Assembly: GCA_947474495.1 (NCBI GenBank)
Contig: CANJIM010000002.1
Coordinates: 14,978 to 78,977 of the forward strand
Length of the DNA stretch: 64,000 bases
Direction: 5' to 3'
Origin: Rhodospirillaceae bacterium
Lineage (GTDB): Bacteria; Pseudomonadota; Alphaproteobacteria; SMXQ01
This document shows positions 1 through 8,001 of the stretch, piece by piece. Every line of letters starts with the position of its first letter. Positions within the stretch are counted from its first letter, which is position 1. A program made the position numbers and the translations under genes. Below the pieces are notes generated by a model, which saw nothing but the letters and a program-made list of their open reading frames with translations, was not told the DNA's origin and did no database searches.

Positions 1-17
1 GGTTATACGCGAAGGCC

Positions 18-38
18 AATTGTTATAGTATAACAATT
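18..38. promoter_or_regulatory. Zur-type operator (perfect 10-1-10 palindrome)
   Basis: AATTGTTATA-G-TATAACAATT is a perfect inverted repeat resembling the proteobacterial Zur consensus GAAATGTTATA-N-TATAACATTTC. Confidence 0.75.
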
Positions 39-61
39 TCTCCCTAGCGCGAAAATTGCGT

Positions 62-835
62 CTAGAACAATAAGCCTTGGGTGACGCCAATGTCCCACAG
101 GATAGACGCGCCGAGGAAGATCGTCAGCAGGCCGATGGCGGCAGTCAGGCCGGTGTAAAGGCTGCCGAGCTTGTGCGCCGTCAGGCGCAACGGCAGGCCG
201 ATGGCGAAGGACAGCACCATCATGCCGCCGATCGAGCCGATCCCGAACAGCGCGATATAGGCGATGCCGAGCCAGACCGACTCAATCGTGCCGAGGGTCA
301 GGAGGACAAGCGCGGCGGAGCCGGCCATGCCATGGACGAGGCCGACGCAGAGGGCGCGCAGCGGCAGCATGCGCTTGTGCGTATGGGAATGCGGCACATG
401 CCCATGCGGGGCCTTGGCCGCCTTGGAGTCATGCTCGTGCAGATGCAGATGCCGCTCGCTGCCATGCTGATGCGGATGGATATGCAGGCCCTGCTTCCAC
501 ATGCGACGCACGACGTCGATGCCGAGCCCGACCAGCATGATGCCGACGGCGAATTCCAGCGCATGGGCCACGGTTTCGGGGATCGTCATGCCGAGCAGCA
601 GGACCGCCGAGCCAAAGACGAACAGCGTGATGGTGTGGCCGAGCCCCCAGGCAATGCCGAAGCGCGCCGCTTCGGCCGGGCTGCTGCTGCGCGTCGCCAG
701 GCTGGCGACGGCGGCGACATGGTCGGCCTCCATCGCGTGTTTCATGCCGAACAATAGGCCGAGCAAAAGAACGGAAATCACGAACAAAACTCCCTCACCG
801 GCTTCAAAAGCGCCGGCCTCATCATAGATCTGCAA
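62..835 (-). CDS. UreH/HoxN-like Ni/Co transporter-family membrane protein with His-rich loop
   Basis: Motifs GMKHAMEADHVAAV, WGLGHT and GLVHGMAGSAAL; about 6 hydrophobic segments; His-rich loop HIHPHQHGSERHLHLHEH. True start is probably near 780-790, after a GAGGGAG RBS. Confidence 0.75.
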   Translation of the reverse strand: MQIYDEAGAFEAGEGVLFVISVLLLGLLFGMKHAMEADHVAAVASLATRSSSPAEAARFGIAWGLGHTITLFVFGSAVLLLGMTIPETVAHALEFAVGIMLVGLGIDVVRRMWKQGLHIHPHQHGSERHLHLHEHDSKAAKAPHGHVPHSHTHKRMLPLRALCVGLVHGMAGSAALVLLTLGTIESVWLGIAYIALFGIGSIGGMMVLSFAIGLPLRLTAHKLGSLYTGLTAAIGLLTIFLGASILWDIGVTQGLLF

Positions 836-1163
836 AAAGAAGGATCGCCCGGCAACCGGGCGGTGGAATATGCCGCCATCATAATTGCGGACGGAACTTG
901 GTCAATCGATTCGTATGAACTTTCCACCAAAAATCATACGACTCGCGGCGGCCGCTCTAGCGCTGGGCAAAACGGCCTGCCGGCACTAGCCATTGGGCCG
1001 TCTGAACGCCGTTTTTTCGTCAAATTTCAGGGGCTTAATACCTCCTCGACAGTCCCAGCCCGGCCAACCGGGTTTTGCCAGAGGCCCCGAAACCATGCAA
1101 AATGATCCCTTCGGCGCGGTCGTCATCCCGACCCCGCCCGTTCATGCCCATAGCGAGCAGTCC

Positions 1164-1919
1164 ATGCCCGACCAGACGACGAGCAAAGCCGGCGGCGCTC
1201 CCGCCCCCGCCAAAGCGCGGCGTACCATCGCCCTGGTGGACGACGATCAGAACATTCTGACCTCGGTCTCCATGTCGCTCGAAGCCGAAGGCTTCGAAGT
1301 GCGCACCTATACCGACGGCGAGCAGGCGCTCAAGGGCATCACCGACCGGCCGCCCGATGTCGCCATCCTCGACATCAAGATGCCACGCATGGACGGCATG
1401 GAATTGCTGACGCGGTTGCGCCGCCAGTCGCAGTTGCCGGTGATCTTCCTGACATCGAAGGACGACGAGTTGGATGAAGTGCTCGGCCTGCGCATGGGCG
1501 CCGACGATTACATCCGCAAGCCGTTCTCGCAGCGTCTGCTGATCGAGCGCATCCGCGCGTTAATGCGTCGCAAGGAATTGTCGGTCGAAGGCGCGGCGCC
1601 CGCCGCGCCGGGCGAGGGCGCCGTCGTGCGCGGCGATCTGCTGCTCGATCCGGCGCGTCACCTCTGTACCTGGCAGGGCAAGCCGGCGCAGCTCACCGTG
1701 ACCGAGTTTCTCATTTTGCAGTCGCTCGCCATGCGGCCAGGCCATGTGAAGAACCGCGACCAGCTGATGGACGCGGCCTATGGCGAGCATGTCTATGTCG
1801 ATGACCGCACCATCGACAGCCACATCAAGCGGCTGCGCCGCAAGCTCAAGGCGCTCGACAAGGAATTCAACCAGATCGAGACGCTCTACGGCCTCGGTTA
1901 CCGTTACAAGGACAAGTAG
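1164..1919 (+). CDS. chvI: OmpR-family response regulator ChvI
   Basis: [14 protein letters not shown] receiver, [23 protein letters not shown], winged helix [15 protein letters not shown]; lies upstream of chvG-hprK. Start uncertain (1096 or 1164). Confidence 0.92.
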   Translation: MPDQTTSKAGGAPAPAKARRTIALVDDDQNILTSVSMSLEAEGFEVRTYTDGEQALKGITDRPPDVAILDIKMPRMDGMELLTRLRRQSQLPVIFLTSKDDELDEVLGLRMGADDYIRKPFSQRLLIERIRALMRRKELSVEGAAPAAPGEGAVVRGDLLLDPARHLCTWQGKPAQLTVTEFLILQSLAMRPGHVKNRDQLMDAAYGEHVYVDDRTIDSHIKRLRRKLKALDKEFNQIETLYGLGYRYKDK

Positions 1920-1976
1920 CGGTTCATCGCGGGCCGTCTGAGTGATCGGCAGGCTCGCAAGCGGATAACGAATCGA

Positions 1977-3851
1977 TTGGCGCGACAATTGCCACGACGA
2001 TGGCCCGGCGACGATGCCGGGAATGGCGCAAGTAATCCGGGTGGCCTGCATGTCGGTCCGGATGAGGATTCTCGCGCGCGTCGCGCCGAAGATGTCACCG
2101 ACGAGATCGAGCTTTCCTCCGCGTCCGAGCCGCCCCGCCCGGAGCATGACAGCCGCACCCGCCTCGGCCGTCCGCGCGGTCAACGCCGCCGCCGGCGTGG
2201 CCTGTCGCTCACGTGGCGCATTCTTTTCGTCAACGTGATGACGCTGGCCGCCTTGGCCGGCGGCTTGCTCTATCTCGACCGCTACCGCGAAAGCCTGATC
2301 GGCTCCGAACTCTGGTCGCTCACCGTGCAGGCGCAGATCGTCGCCGAGGCGCTCGGCGAAGCGGCGGTGACGTCCGATGTCGGCGAAGGCGGCGATTATC
2401 TCACCGCCATGGCGCGGCCCTTGGTGCGCCGTCTCGCCGGTCCGCTCGGCCTGCGCGTGCGCTTGTTCGCCGCCAATGGCGATTTGATCGCTGATTCGCT
2501 CTCAAGCTCCGTGATCGGCGGCCCCGTGACGGTGCAGCCGCTGGCGCCGCCGGCCACGAGCGCGCGCGGTCCGCTCGACCTGCTGCTCGACTTCTACGAA
2601 TGGGCCATTGAGCTGATGCCCAACAAGGACAGCTATCCGCCCTACAGCGAATCCTCGCCGCCCGTCGCCGGCGATTTCGAGGAAGCCATCTACGCGCTGC
2701 GCGGCGAGCCGCGGGCCGAAGTGCATATCAACGCGCGCGACGATTTGGTTCTGTCCGCCGCCGCGCCGGTCAGCCGCTACAAACAGGTGCTCGGCGCTGT
2801 CGTCGTCACCAAGGATGGTTACGACATCGAAGACAGCCTACGCCGCGTCCGCCTCGATATCCTGCAAGTGCTTGCCATCGTCATGGCCATGTCGGTGATG
2901 GTCTCGCTCTATCTTGCCGGCACCATCGCGCGCCCGGTGCGCCGTCTCGCGGCGGCGGCCAAGCGCGTCGGCCATGGCCAGGGTCGCAAAGTCGCCATCC
3001 CGGATTTCTCGCGCCGCTCCGATGAAATCGGCGATCTCTCCGCCGCGTTGCGCGAGATGACCGACGCGTTATGGACGCGCATGGATGCCATCGAGCGCTT
3101 CGCCGCCGACGTCGCTCACGAAATCAAGAATCCGCTCACCTCGCTGCGTAGCGCCGTCGAAACGGTGGCGCGTATCGAGGATGCCGATCAGCGCCGTAAA
3201 CTGATGGCGATCATCATGGATGACGTGAAGCGGCTCGACCGTCTGATCAGCGACATTTCCGACGCCTCGCGCCTGGACGCGGAGCTGTCGCGCGCCGAAA
3301 GCGAGCCGGTCGATCTTGCCGGCATTCTCGCGGCGCTCGCCGACATCCATGCGGCGACGGTGAATGATGGAGGCCCGCGCCTGATCTACGAGCCGGCGGT
3401 CGATGCAGCCAGCGATCTCTTCGTCGAGGGCATCGAAAGTCGTCTGGTTCAGGTGTTCCGCAATCTGCTCGGCAATGCGGTCTCGTTCAGCCCGCCGAAC
3501 GGCGAGATCCGCCTGCGCGTCTGGCGCGACGGCCGCTGGATCAAGGCAACGGTCGAGGACCAGGGCCCCGGCATTCCCGAAGATAAGCGCAAGGCGATCT
3601 TCGATCGCTTTTATACCGAGCGACCCAAGGGCGAGAAGTTCGGCACCCATTCAGGTCTCGGCCTCAGCATTTCGCGCCAGATCGTCGAAGCCCATCGCGG
3701 CCGCATCTGGGCTGAGAACATCTACGACGCGCCGACCGCCGATTGCGGCGCCGTGCGCGGCGCGCGCTTCACCGTCGAATTGCCGGCGGCCACCAAAGCG
3801 CAGATCGGCAAGGCGGCCGGCAAGCCGACGCTTGGCGGCGCGGGCGATTGA
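1977..3851 (+). CDS. chvG: Sensor histidine kinase ChvG/ExoS
   Basis: Two TM segments, HAMP, H-box FAADVAHEIKNPLTSLRSAVET, ATPase FYTERP..FGTHSGLGLSIS; follows chvI; start approximate. Confidence 0.92.
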   Translation: MARQLPRRWPGDDAGNGASNPGGLHVGPDEDSRARRAEDVTDEIELSSASEPPRPEHDSRTRLGRPRGQRRRRRGLSLTWRILFVNVMTLAALAGGLLYLDRYRESLIGSELWSLTVQAQIVAEALGEAAVTSDVGEGGDYLTAMARPLVRRLAGPLGLRVRLFAANGDLIADSLSSSVIGGPVTVQPLAPPATSARGPLDLLLDFYEWAIELMPNKDSYPPYSESSPPVAGDFEEAIYALRGEPRAEVHINARDDLVLSAAAPVSRYKQVLGAVVVTKDGYDIEDSLRRVRLDILQVLAIVMAMSVMVSLYLAGTIARPVRRLAAAAKRVGHGQGRKVAIPDFSRRSDEIGDLSAALREMTDALWTRMDAIERFAADVAHEIKNPLTSLRSAVETVARIEDADQRRKLMAIIMDDVKRLDRLISDISDASRLDAELSRAESEPVDLAGILAALADIHAATVNDGGPRLIYEPAVDAASDLFVEGIESRLVQVFRNLLGNAVSFSPPNGEIRLRVWRDGRWIKATVEDQGPGIPEDKRKAIFDRFYTERPKGEKFGTHSGLGLSISRQIVEAHRGRIWAENIYDAPTADCGAVRGARFTVELPAATKAQIGKAAGKPTLGGAGD

Positions 3852-3859
3852 CGCCGATC

Positions 3860-4426
3860 ATGGCGAGAAAGCCCCAACGGCGCGCTGCGCCGAATAAATC
3901 GAAACAGGGCGACACGATCCACGCCACCTGCATCGCTTTCGGTGCACGCGGCGTGCTGCTGCTCGGGCCCTCGGGCAGCGGCAAGTCGGACTTGGCGCTG
4001 CGTGCAGTCCTGCAGGAAGGCGCCAAGCTGGTCGCCGACGACCGGGTGCGGCTGACGCGCCGGGGCGAGGGGCTCGTCGCTGCGGCGCCGCCCGAGGCGC
4101 GGGCGGCCGGGCTGCTCGGCGCCATCGAAGCCTATGGGCTTGGGATTTTGCGCTTGCCGCCGGTCCGCCGCCGCGCCCAGGTATCGCTCTGCCTGGCGGT
4201 GGCCCTCGTGCCGCCTGGCGAAGTTGAGCGGCTGCCCGGCGATTGGCATGGCGCGGGCCTTGATAATTCCGAAAAATCCGAGGGATTTGAAAGGCTTGGT
4301 GTCGCTTTGCCGCTGCTGCGGCTGGCCCCTTTCGAGGTCTCGGCCGCTCTCAAGCTCCGTCTTGCGCTGCACAATCTTCGCCTTGCGGAGGGCGGGCGCT
4401 CGGGCTCTATTAAGCGCCTCGCATGA
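3860..4426 (+). CDS. hprK: HPr kinase/phosphorylase (short alphaproteobacterial form)
   Basis: IHATCIAF, Walker A GPSGSGKSDLAL, LVADDRV, GAIEAYGLGI; conserved position after chvG. Confidence 0.85.
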   Translation: MARKPQRRAAPNKSKQGDTIHATCIAFGARGVLLLGPSGSGKSDLALRAVLQEGAKLVADDRVRLTRRGEGLVAAAPPEARAAGLLGAIEAYGLGILRLPPVRRRAQVSLCLAVALVPPGEVERLPGDWHGAGLDNSEKSEGFERLGVALPLLRLAPFEVSAALKLRLALHNLRLAEGGRSGSIKRLA

Positions 4427-5547
4427 CCGCCCGTTCCGCCTCATCCGCCGCGCGTAAGACCAAAGCGGCTTCCGCCAAACCGACCTCCCCCGCTCAGGCC
4501 TCGGCCACCGGCAGGGCGATGCTTGCCGGTGCTCGCGCGCGAGTCGTGTTCGTCACCGGCATGTCGGGCGCCGGACGCTCCTCGGCGCTGAAGGCGCTCG
4601 AAGACATCGGCTACGAGGCGGTCGACAATTTGCCGCTCTCGCTGATCGCCGGCCTGCTCGCTCCCAAGGGGTTCGCCGGCGTCTCGCGCAAGGCGGCCCG
4701 CAGCGCGCCGCCGCTCGCCATCGGCGTCGATATCCGCACGCGCGATTTCGGTGTCGCCTCGCTGCTTGAGACGCTCGACGCCCTGATGGCGCAGAGCGAT
4801 CTCGACGCGCATCTCCTCTTTCTCGATGCCAGCGACGATGTGCTGCTGCGCCGCTATACCGAAACGCGCCGCCGCCATCCGCTCGCCATCGATCGTCCGG
4901 TGCGCGACGGCATCGCCCACGAGCGCCGCATGCTCGCCAAGCTGCGACTGCGTGCCGACCGTTTGATCGACACCAGCGATTTCGCACCGGGCGATCTGCG
5001 CCGCATCGTCGAAGGCCTCTATGGCCTCAACAAGCGCGGGCAGCTTGCCGTCTGCGTCACCTCGTTTTCCTATCGTCTGGGTGTGCCGCGCGAAGCCGAC
5101 TTGGTGTTCGATGCGCGCTTCCTGCGCAATCCGCATTACGTGCCGGCGCTCAAGCCGCATAGCGGTTTGGACAAGGATGTCGGCGCCTACGTTGCGGCCG
5201 ATGCCGGCTTTGACGAATTCTTCGACTCATTGACGCATCTTCTCGCCCTGCTGCTGCCGCGCTTCGCGCAAGAGGGCAAAAGCTACCTCACCATCGCCAT
5301 TGGCTGCACCGGTGGTCGCCACCGCTCGGTCTATGTCACAGAGCGGTTGGCTGCTTGGCTGCGACGCCAACGCTTCGATGCATCGTCCGACGTGCTGACG
5401 GTGCACCGCGATATTCTCGGCGGCGGTTCGGGCGCCGAGCCGGCCTCGCGACCAAACAAGGTGCCACGCTCGCCGCAAGCACGCCGGGGCGCGGCGAAGA
5501 CCACACGTGCCGGAAACGTCTATGCCGGGAAGACAAGGGGACGATGA
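4423..5547 (+). CDS. rapZ: RNase adapter RapZ-family P-loop protein
   Basis: VTGMSGAGRS, VDNLP, RRYTETRRRHPL, ADLVFDARFLRNPHY, IAIGCTGGRHRSV. Confidence 0.9.
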   Translation: MTARSASSAARKTKAASAKPTSPAQASATGRAMLAGARARVVFVTGMSGAGRSSALKALEDIGYEAVDNLPLSLIAGLLAPKGFAGVSRKAARSAPPLAIGVDIRTRDFGVASLLETLDALMAQSDLDAHLLFLDASDDVLLRRYTETRRRHPLAIDRPVRDGIAHERRMLAKLRLRADRLIDTSDFAPGDLRRIVEGLYGLNKRGQLAVCVTSFSYRLGVPREADLVFDARFLRNPHYVPALKPHSGLDKDVGAYVAADAGFDEFFDSLTHLLALLLPRFAQEGKSYLTIAIGCTGGRHRSVYVTERLAAWLRRQRFDASSDVLTVHRDILGGGSGAEPASRPNKVPRSPQARRGAAKTTRAGNVYAGKTRGR

Positions 5548-5975
5548 TGATTGGATTGGTGTTGGTGACCCATGGCCGATTGGCCGAGGAATTCGTTGCC
5601 GCGCTTGAGCATGTGGTGGGACCGCAGAAGGATGTTGCGGCCATCTCGATCGGGCCCGAGGACGATATGGAGCGTCGCCGCGCCGACATCGTCGCCGCCG
5701 TCGCCAGGGTCGACAGCGGCGCCGGCGTCGTCCTGATGACCGACATGTTCGGCGGCACGCCGTCGAACCTCGCCATTTCGGTGATGAGCGAATCGAGCGT
5801 CGAGGTGGTGGCCGGCGTCAACCTGCCGATGCTGATCAAGTTCGCCAGCGTGCGCGACGGCCTGCCGCTCGGTCAGGCCGTTACCGCCGTGCAGGAAGCG
5901 GGGCGCAAATACATCAACGTCGCCTCCAGTCTGCTCGCCGACGCACCGGCGGAACGCGAGAAGAGCCGGCGATGA
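5544..5975 (+). CDS. PTS mannose/fructose-type EIIA component
   Basis: MIGLVLVTHGRLAEEF, TDMFGGTPSNLA, GVNLPMLIK; ATGA overlap with the rapZ stop. Confidence 0.9.
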   Translation: MMIGLVLVTHGRLAEEFVAALEHVVGPQKDVAAISIGPEDDMERRRADIVAAVARVDSGAGVVLMTDMFGGTPSNLAISVMSESSVEVVAGVNLPMLIKFASVRDGLPLGQAVTAVQEAGRKYINVASSLLADAPAEREKSRR

Positions 5976-6295
5976 GCGAAGCGCCGATTGTCCAGCAGGA
6001 TGGCAAGCTGCAACGCAACGTCCAGGTGATCAACAAGCGCGGCTTGCATGCCCGCGCCGCGGCCAAGTTCGTCAAAACCGCCGGCGGCTTCGACGCCAAT
6101 GTGCGCGTTTCGGCCAGCAAGTGCATGGCGGTGAACGATGGCAGCAGCGTGTCGGGCCGCTCGATCATGGGCCTGATGATGCTGGCCGCCGGACCCGGCA
6201 GCGAACTCTGCATCCAAGTCGATGGCCGCCAGGCGGCGGAGGCGTTGGCCGCGCTCAGCAGCTTGGTTGAAAACCGCTTCGACGAAGAGGAATAG
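5972..6295 (+). CDS. ptsH: HPr/NPr phosphocarrier protein
   Basis: INKRGLHARAAAKFV (phospho-His) and SIMGLMMLAA (regulatory Ser); ends RFDEEE. Confidence 0.9.
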   Translation: MSEAPIVQQDGKLQRNVQVINKRGLHARAAAKFVKTAGGFDANVRVSASKCMAVNDGSSVSGRSIMGLMMLAAGPGSELCIQVDGRQAAEALAALSSLVENRFDEEE

Positions 6296-6327
6296 AGCGG
6301 CACTCGTTCAAGCCGCAAAGCAGCCTT

Positions 6328-6352
6328 AGCCCGTTGAAAGCACGGGCTTTTA
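6328..6352 (+). terminator. Probable intrinsic terminator after ptsH
   Basis: AGCCCGT-TGAAAGC-ACGGGCT stem-loop followed by TTTA. Confidence 0.5.
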
Positions 6353-6388
6353 TTAAGCCCTGTTGTATCTCTAAACCTTTATATATAA

Positions 6389-6408
6389 ATATAAATCTTA
6401 GCTTATAT
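6389..6408. promoter_or_regulatory. Candidate SahR-type operator upstream of ahcY
   Basis: ATATAA-ATCTTAGC-TTATAT 20-bp palindrome in an AT-rich patch about 90 bp before ahcY. Confidence 0.5.
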
Positions 6409-6495
6409 ATAACCTTTCGGCGCGATACTCGCGCCGTTGCGGTTTGACCGCAATCCGCCGGTCCTTTCTGTCCCGCCCCATTCCAGGAGCCTTTC

Positions 6496-7926
6496 GTGAG
6501 CATCCAAACCTCTTCCGCGACCGCCGCCGCCCTCGCCGGCGATTACAAAGTGGCCGATTTCAGCCTCGCCGACTGGGGCCGCCGCGAGCTGAACATTGCC
6601 GAAACCGAAATGCCCGGCCTGATGGCGCTGCGCGCCGAATACGGCGACAAGAAACCGCTTAAGGGCGCGCGCATCGCCGGCTCGCTGCACATGACGATCC
6701 AGACCGCCGTGCTGATCGAAACCTTGGCGCATCTCGGCGCCGACATTCGCTGGGCCTCGTGCAACATCTTCTCGACCCAGGACCATGCTGCCGCTGCCAT
6801 CGCGGCCGCTGGCATCCCGGTCTTCGCCGTGAAGGGCGAAACCCTGGTCGATTATTGGGACTACACCCACCGGATCTTCGAATGGGCCGACGGCGGCGCG
6901 CCGAACATGATCCTCGACGACGGCGGCGACGCGACGCTGCTCGTCCATCTCGGCCTCAAGGCCGAGAGCGATCCCAAGGTGCTCGCCAATCCGGGCAACG
7001 AGGAAGAGGAAATCCTGTTCGCGGCGATCAAGCAGCGTTTGAAGGACAAGCCGGGCTTTTACAAGAAGCTCGCCGAGTCGATCCGCGGCGTGACCGAAGA
7101 GACCACGACCGGCGTGCATCGTCTCTATCAGATGGAGAAGGACGGCAAGCTGCTGTGGCCGGCCATCAACGTCAACGATTCGGTCACCAAGTCGAAGTTC
7201 GACAATCTCTATGGCTGCCGCGAAAGCCTGGTCGACGGCATCCGCCGCGCGACCGATGTCATGATGTCGGGCAAGGTCGCCGTGGTCGCCGGCTTCGGTG
7301 ACGTCGGCAAGGGCTCTGCCGCTTCGCTGCGCAGCGCCGGTGCGCGCGTGCTCGTCACCGAAATCGATCCGATCTGCGCGTTGCAGGCGGCGATGGAAGG
7401 TTATGAAGTCGTCACGATGGAAGACGCCGCACCGAAGGGCGACATCTTCGTGACCGCGACGGGCAATCTCGACGTCATCACTGTCGATCACATGCGCCTG
7501 ATGAAAGACCGCGCCATCGTCTGCAACATCGGCCACTTCGACAGCGAGATCCAAGTCGCCGGTCTGAAGAACCTGAAGTGGGAAGAAGTGAAGCCGCAGG
7601 TCGACGAGATCGAGTTCCCCGACGGCCATCGCATCATTCTTCTGGCGCAGGGCCGCCTGGTAAATCTCGGCTGCGGCACCGGTCACCCGAGCTTCGTGAT
7701 GAGCGCGTCCTTTACCAATCAGACGTTGGCTCAGCTCGAGCTGTGGACCAATCCGACGAAGTACGACAAGAAGGTCTATACCCTTCCCAAGCATCTCGAC
7801 GAAAAGGTCGCGGCGCTGCATCTCGCCAAGGTCGGCGCCAAGCTGACCAAACTGACGGCGAAACAGTCGGAATATCTCGGCATCCCGGCGACGGGCCCGT
7901 TCAAGCCCGACCAATACCGCTACTAA
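6496..7926 (+). CDS. ahcY: Adenosylhomocysteinase
   Basis: [64 protein letters not shown]; GTG start after an AGGAG RBS. Confidence 0.98.
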   Translation: MSIQTSSATAAALAGDYKVADFSLADWGRRELNIAETEMPGLMALRAEYGDKKPLKGARIAGSLHMTIQTAVLIETLAHLGADIRWASCNIFSTQDHAAAAIAAAGIPVFAVKGETLVDYWDYTHRIFEWADGGAPNMILDDGGDATLLVHLGLKAESDPKVLANPGNEEEEILFAAIKQRLKDKPGFYKKLAESIRGVTEETTTGVHRLYQMEKDGKLLWPAINVNDSVTKSKFDNLYGCRESLVDGIRRATDVMMSGKVAVVAGFGDVGKGSAASLRSAGARVLVTEIDPICALQAAMEGYEVVTMEDAAPKGDIFVTATGNLDVITVDHMRLMKDRAIVCNIGHFDSEIQVAGLKNLKWEEVKPQVDEIEFPDGHRIILLAQGRLVNLGCGTGHPSFVMSASFTNQTLAQLELWTNPTKYDKKVYTLPKHLDEKVAALHLAKVGAKLTKLTAKQSEYLGIPATGPFKPDQYRY

Positions 7927-8001
7927 GCCCTGGGATTTAAGTTCTCCGGGCCGCTTGTTACCGCCCCGGCGCGCACTTAAACTGCGCGCCGGGGGAGCAG
8001 C

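Noticed and set aside
6296-6495. SAH or SAM riboswitch upstream of ahcY
   Set aside because: I could not find the conserved riboswitch core sequences; reported only as hairpins and an operator candidate.
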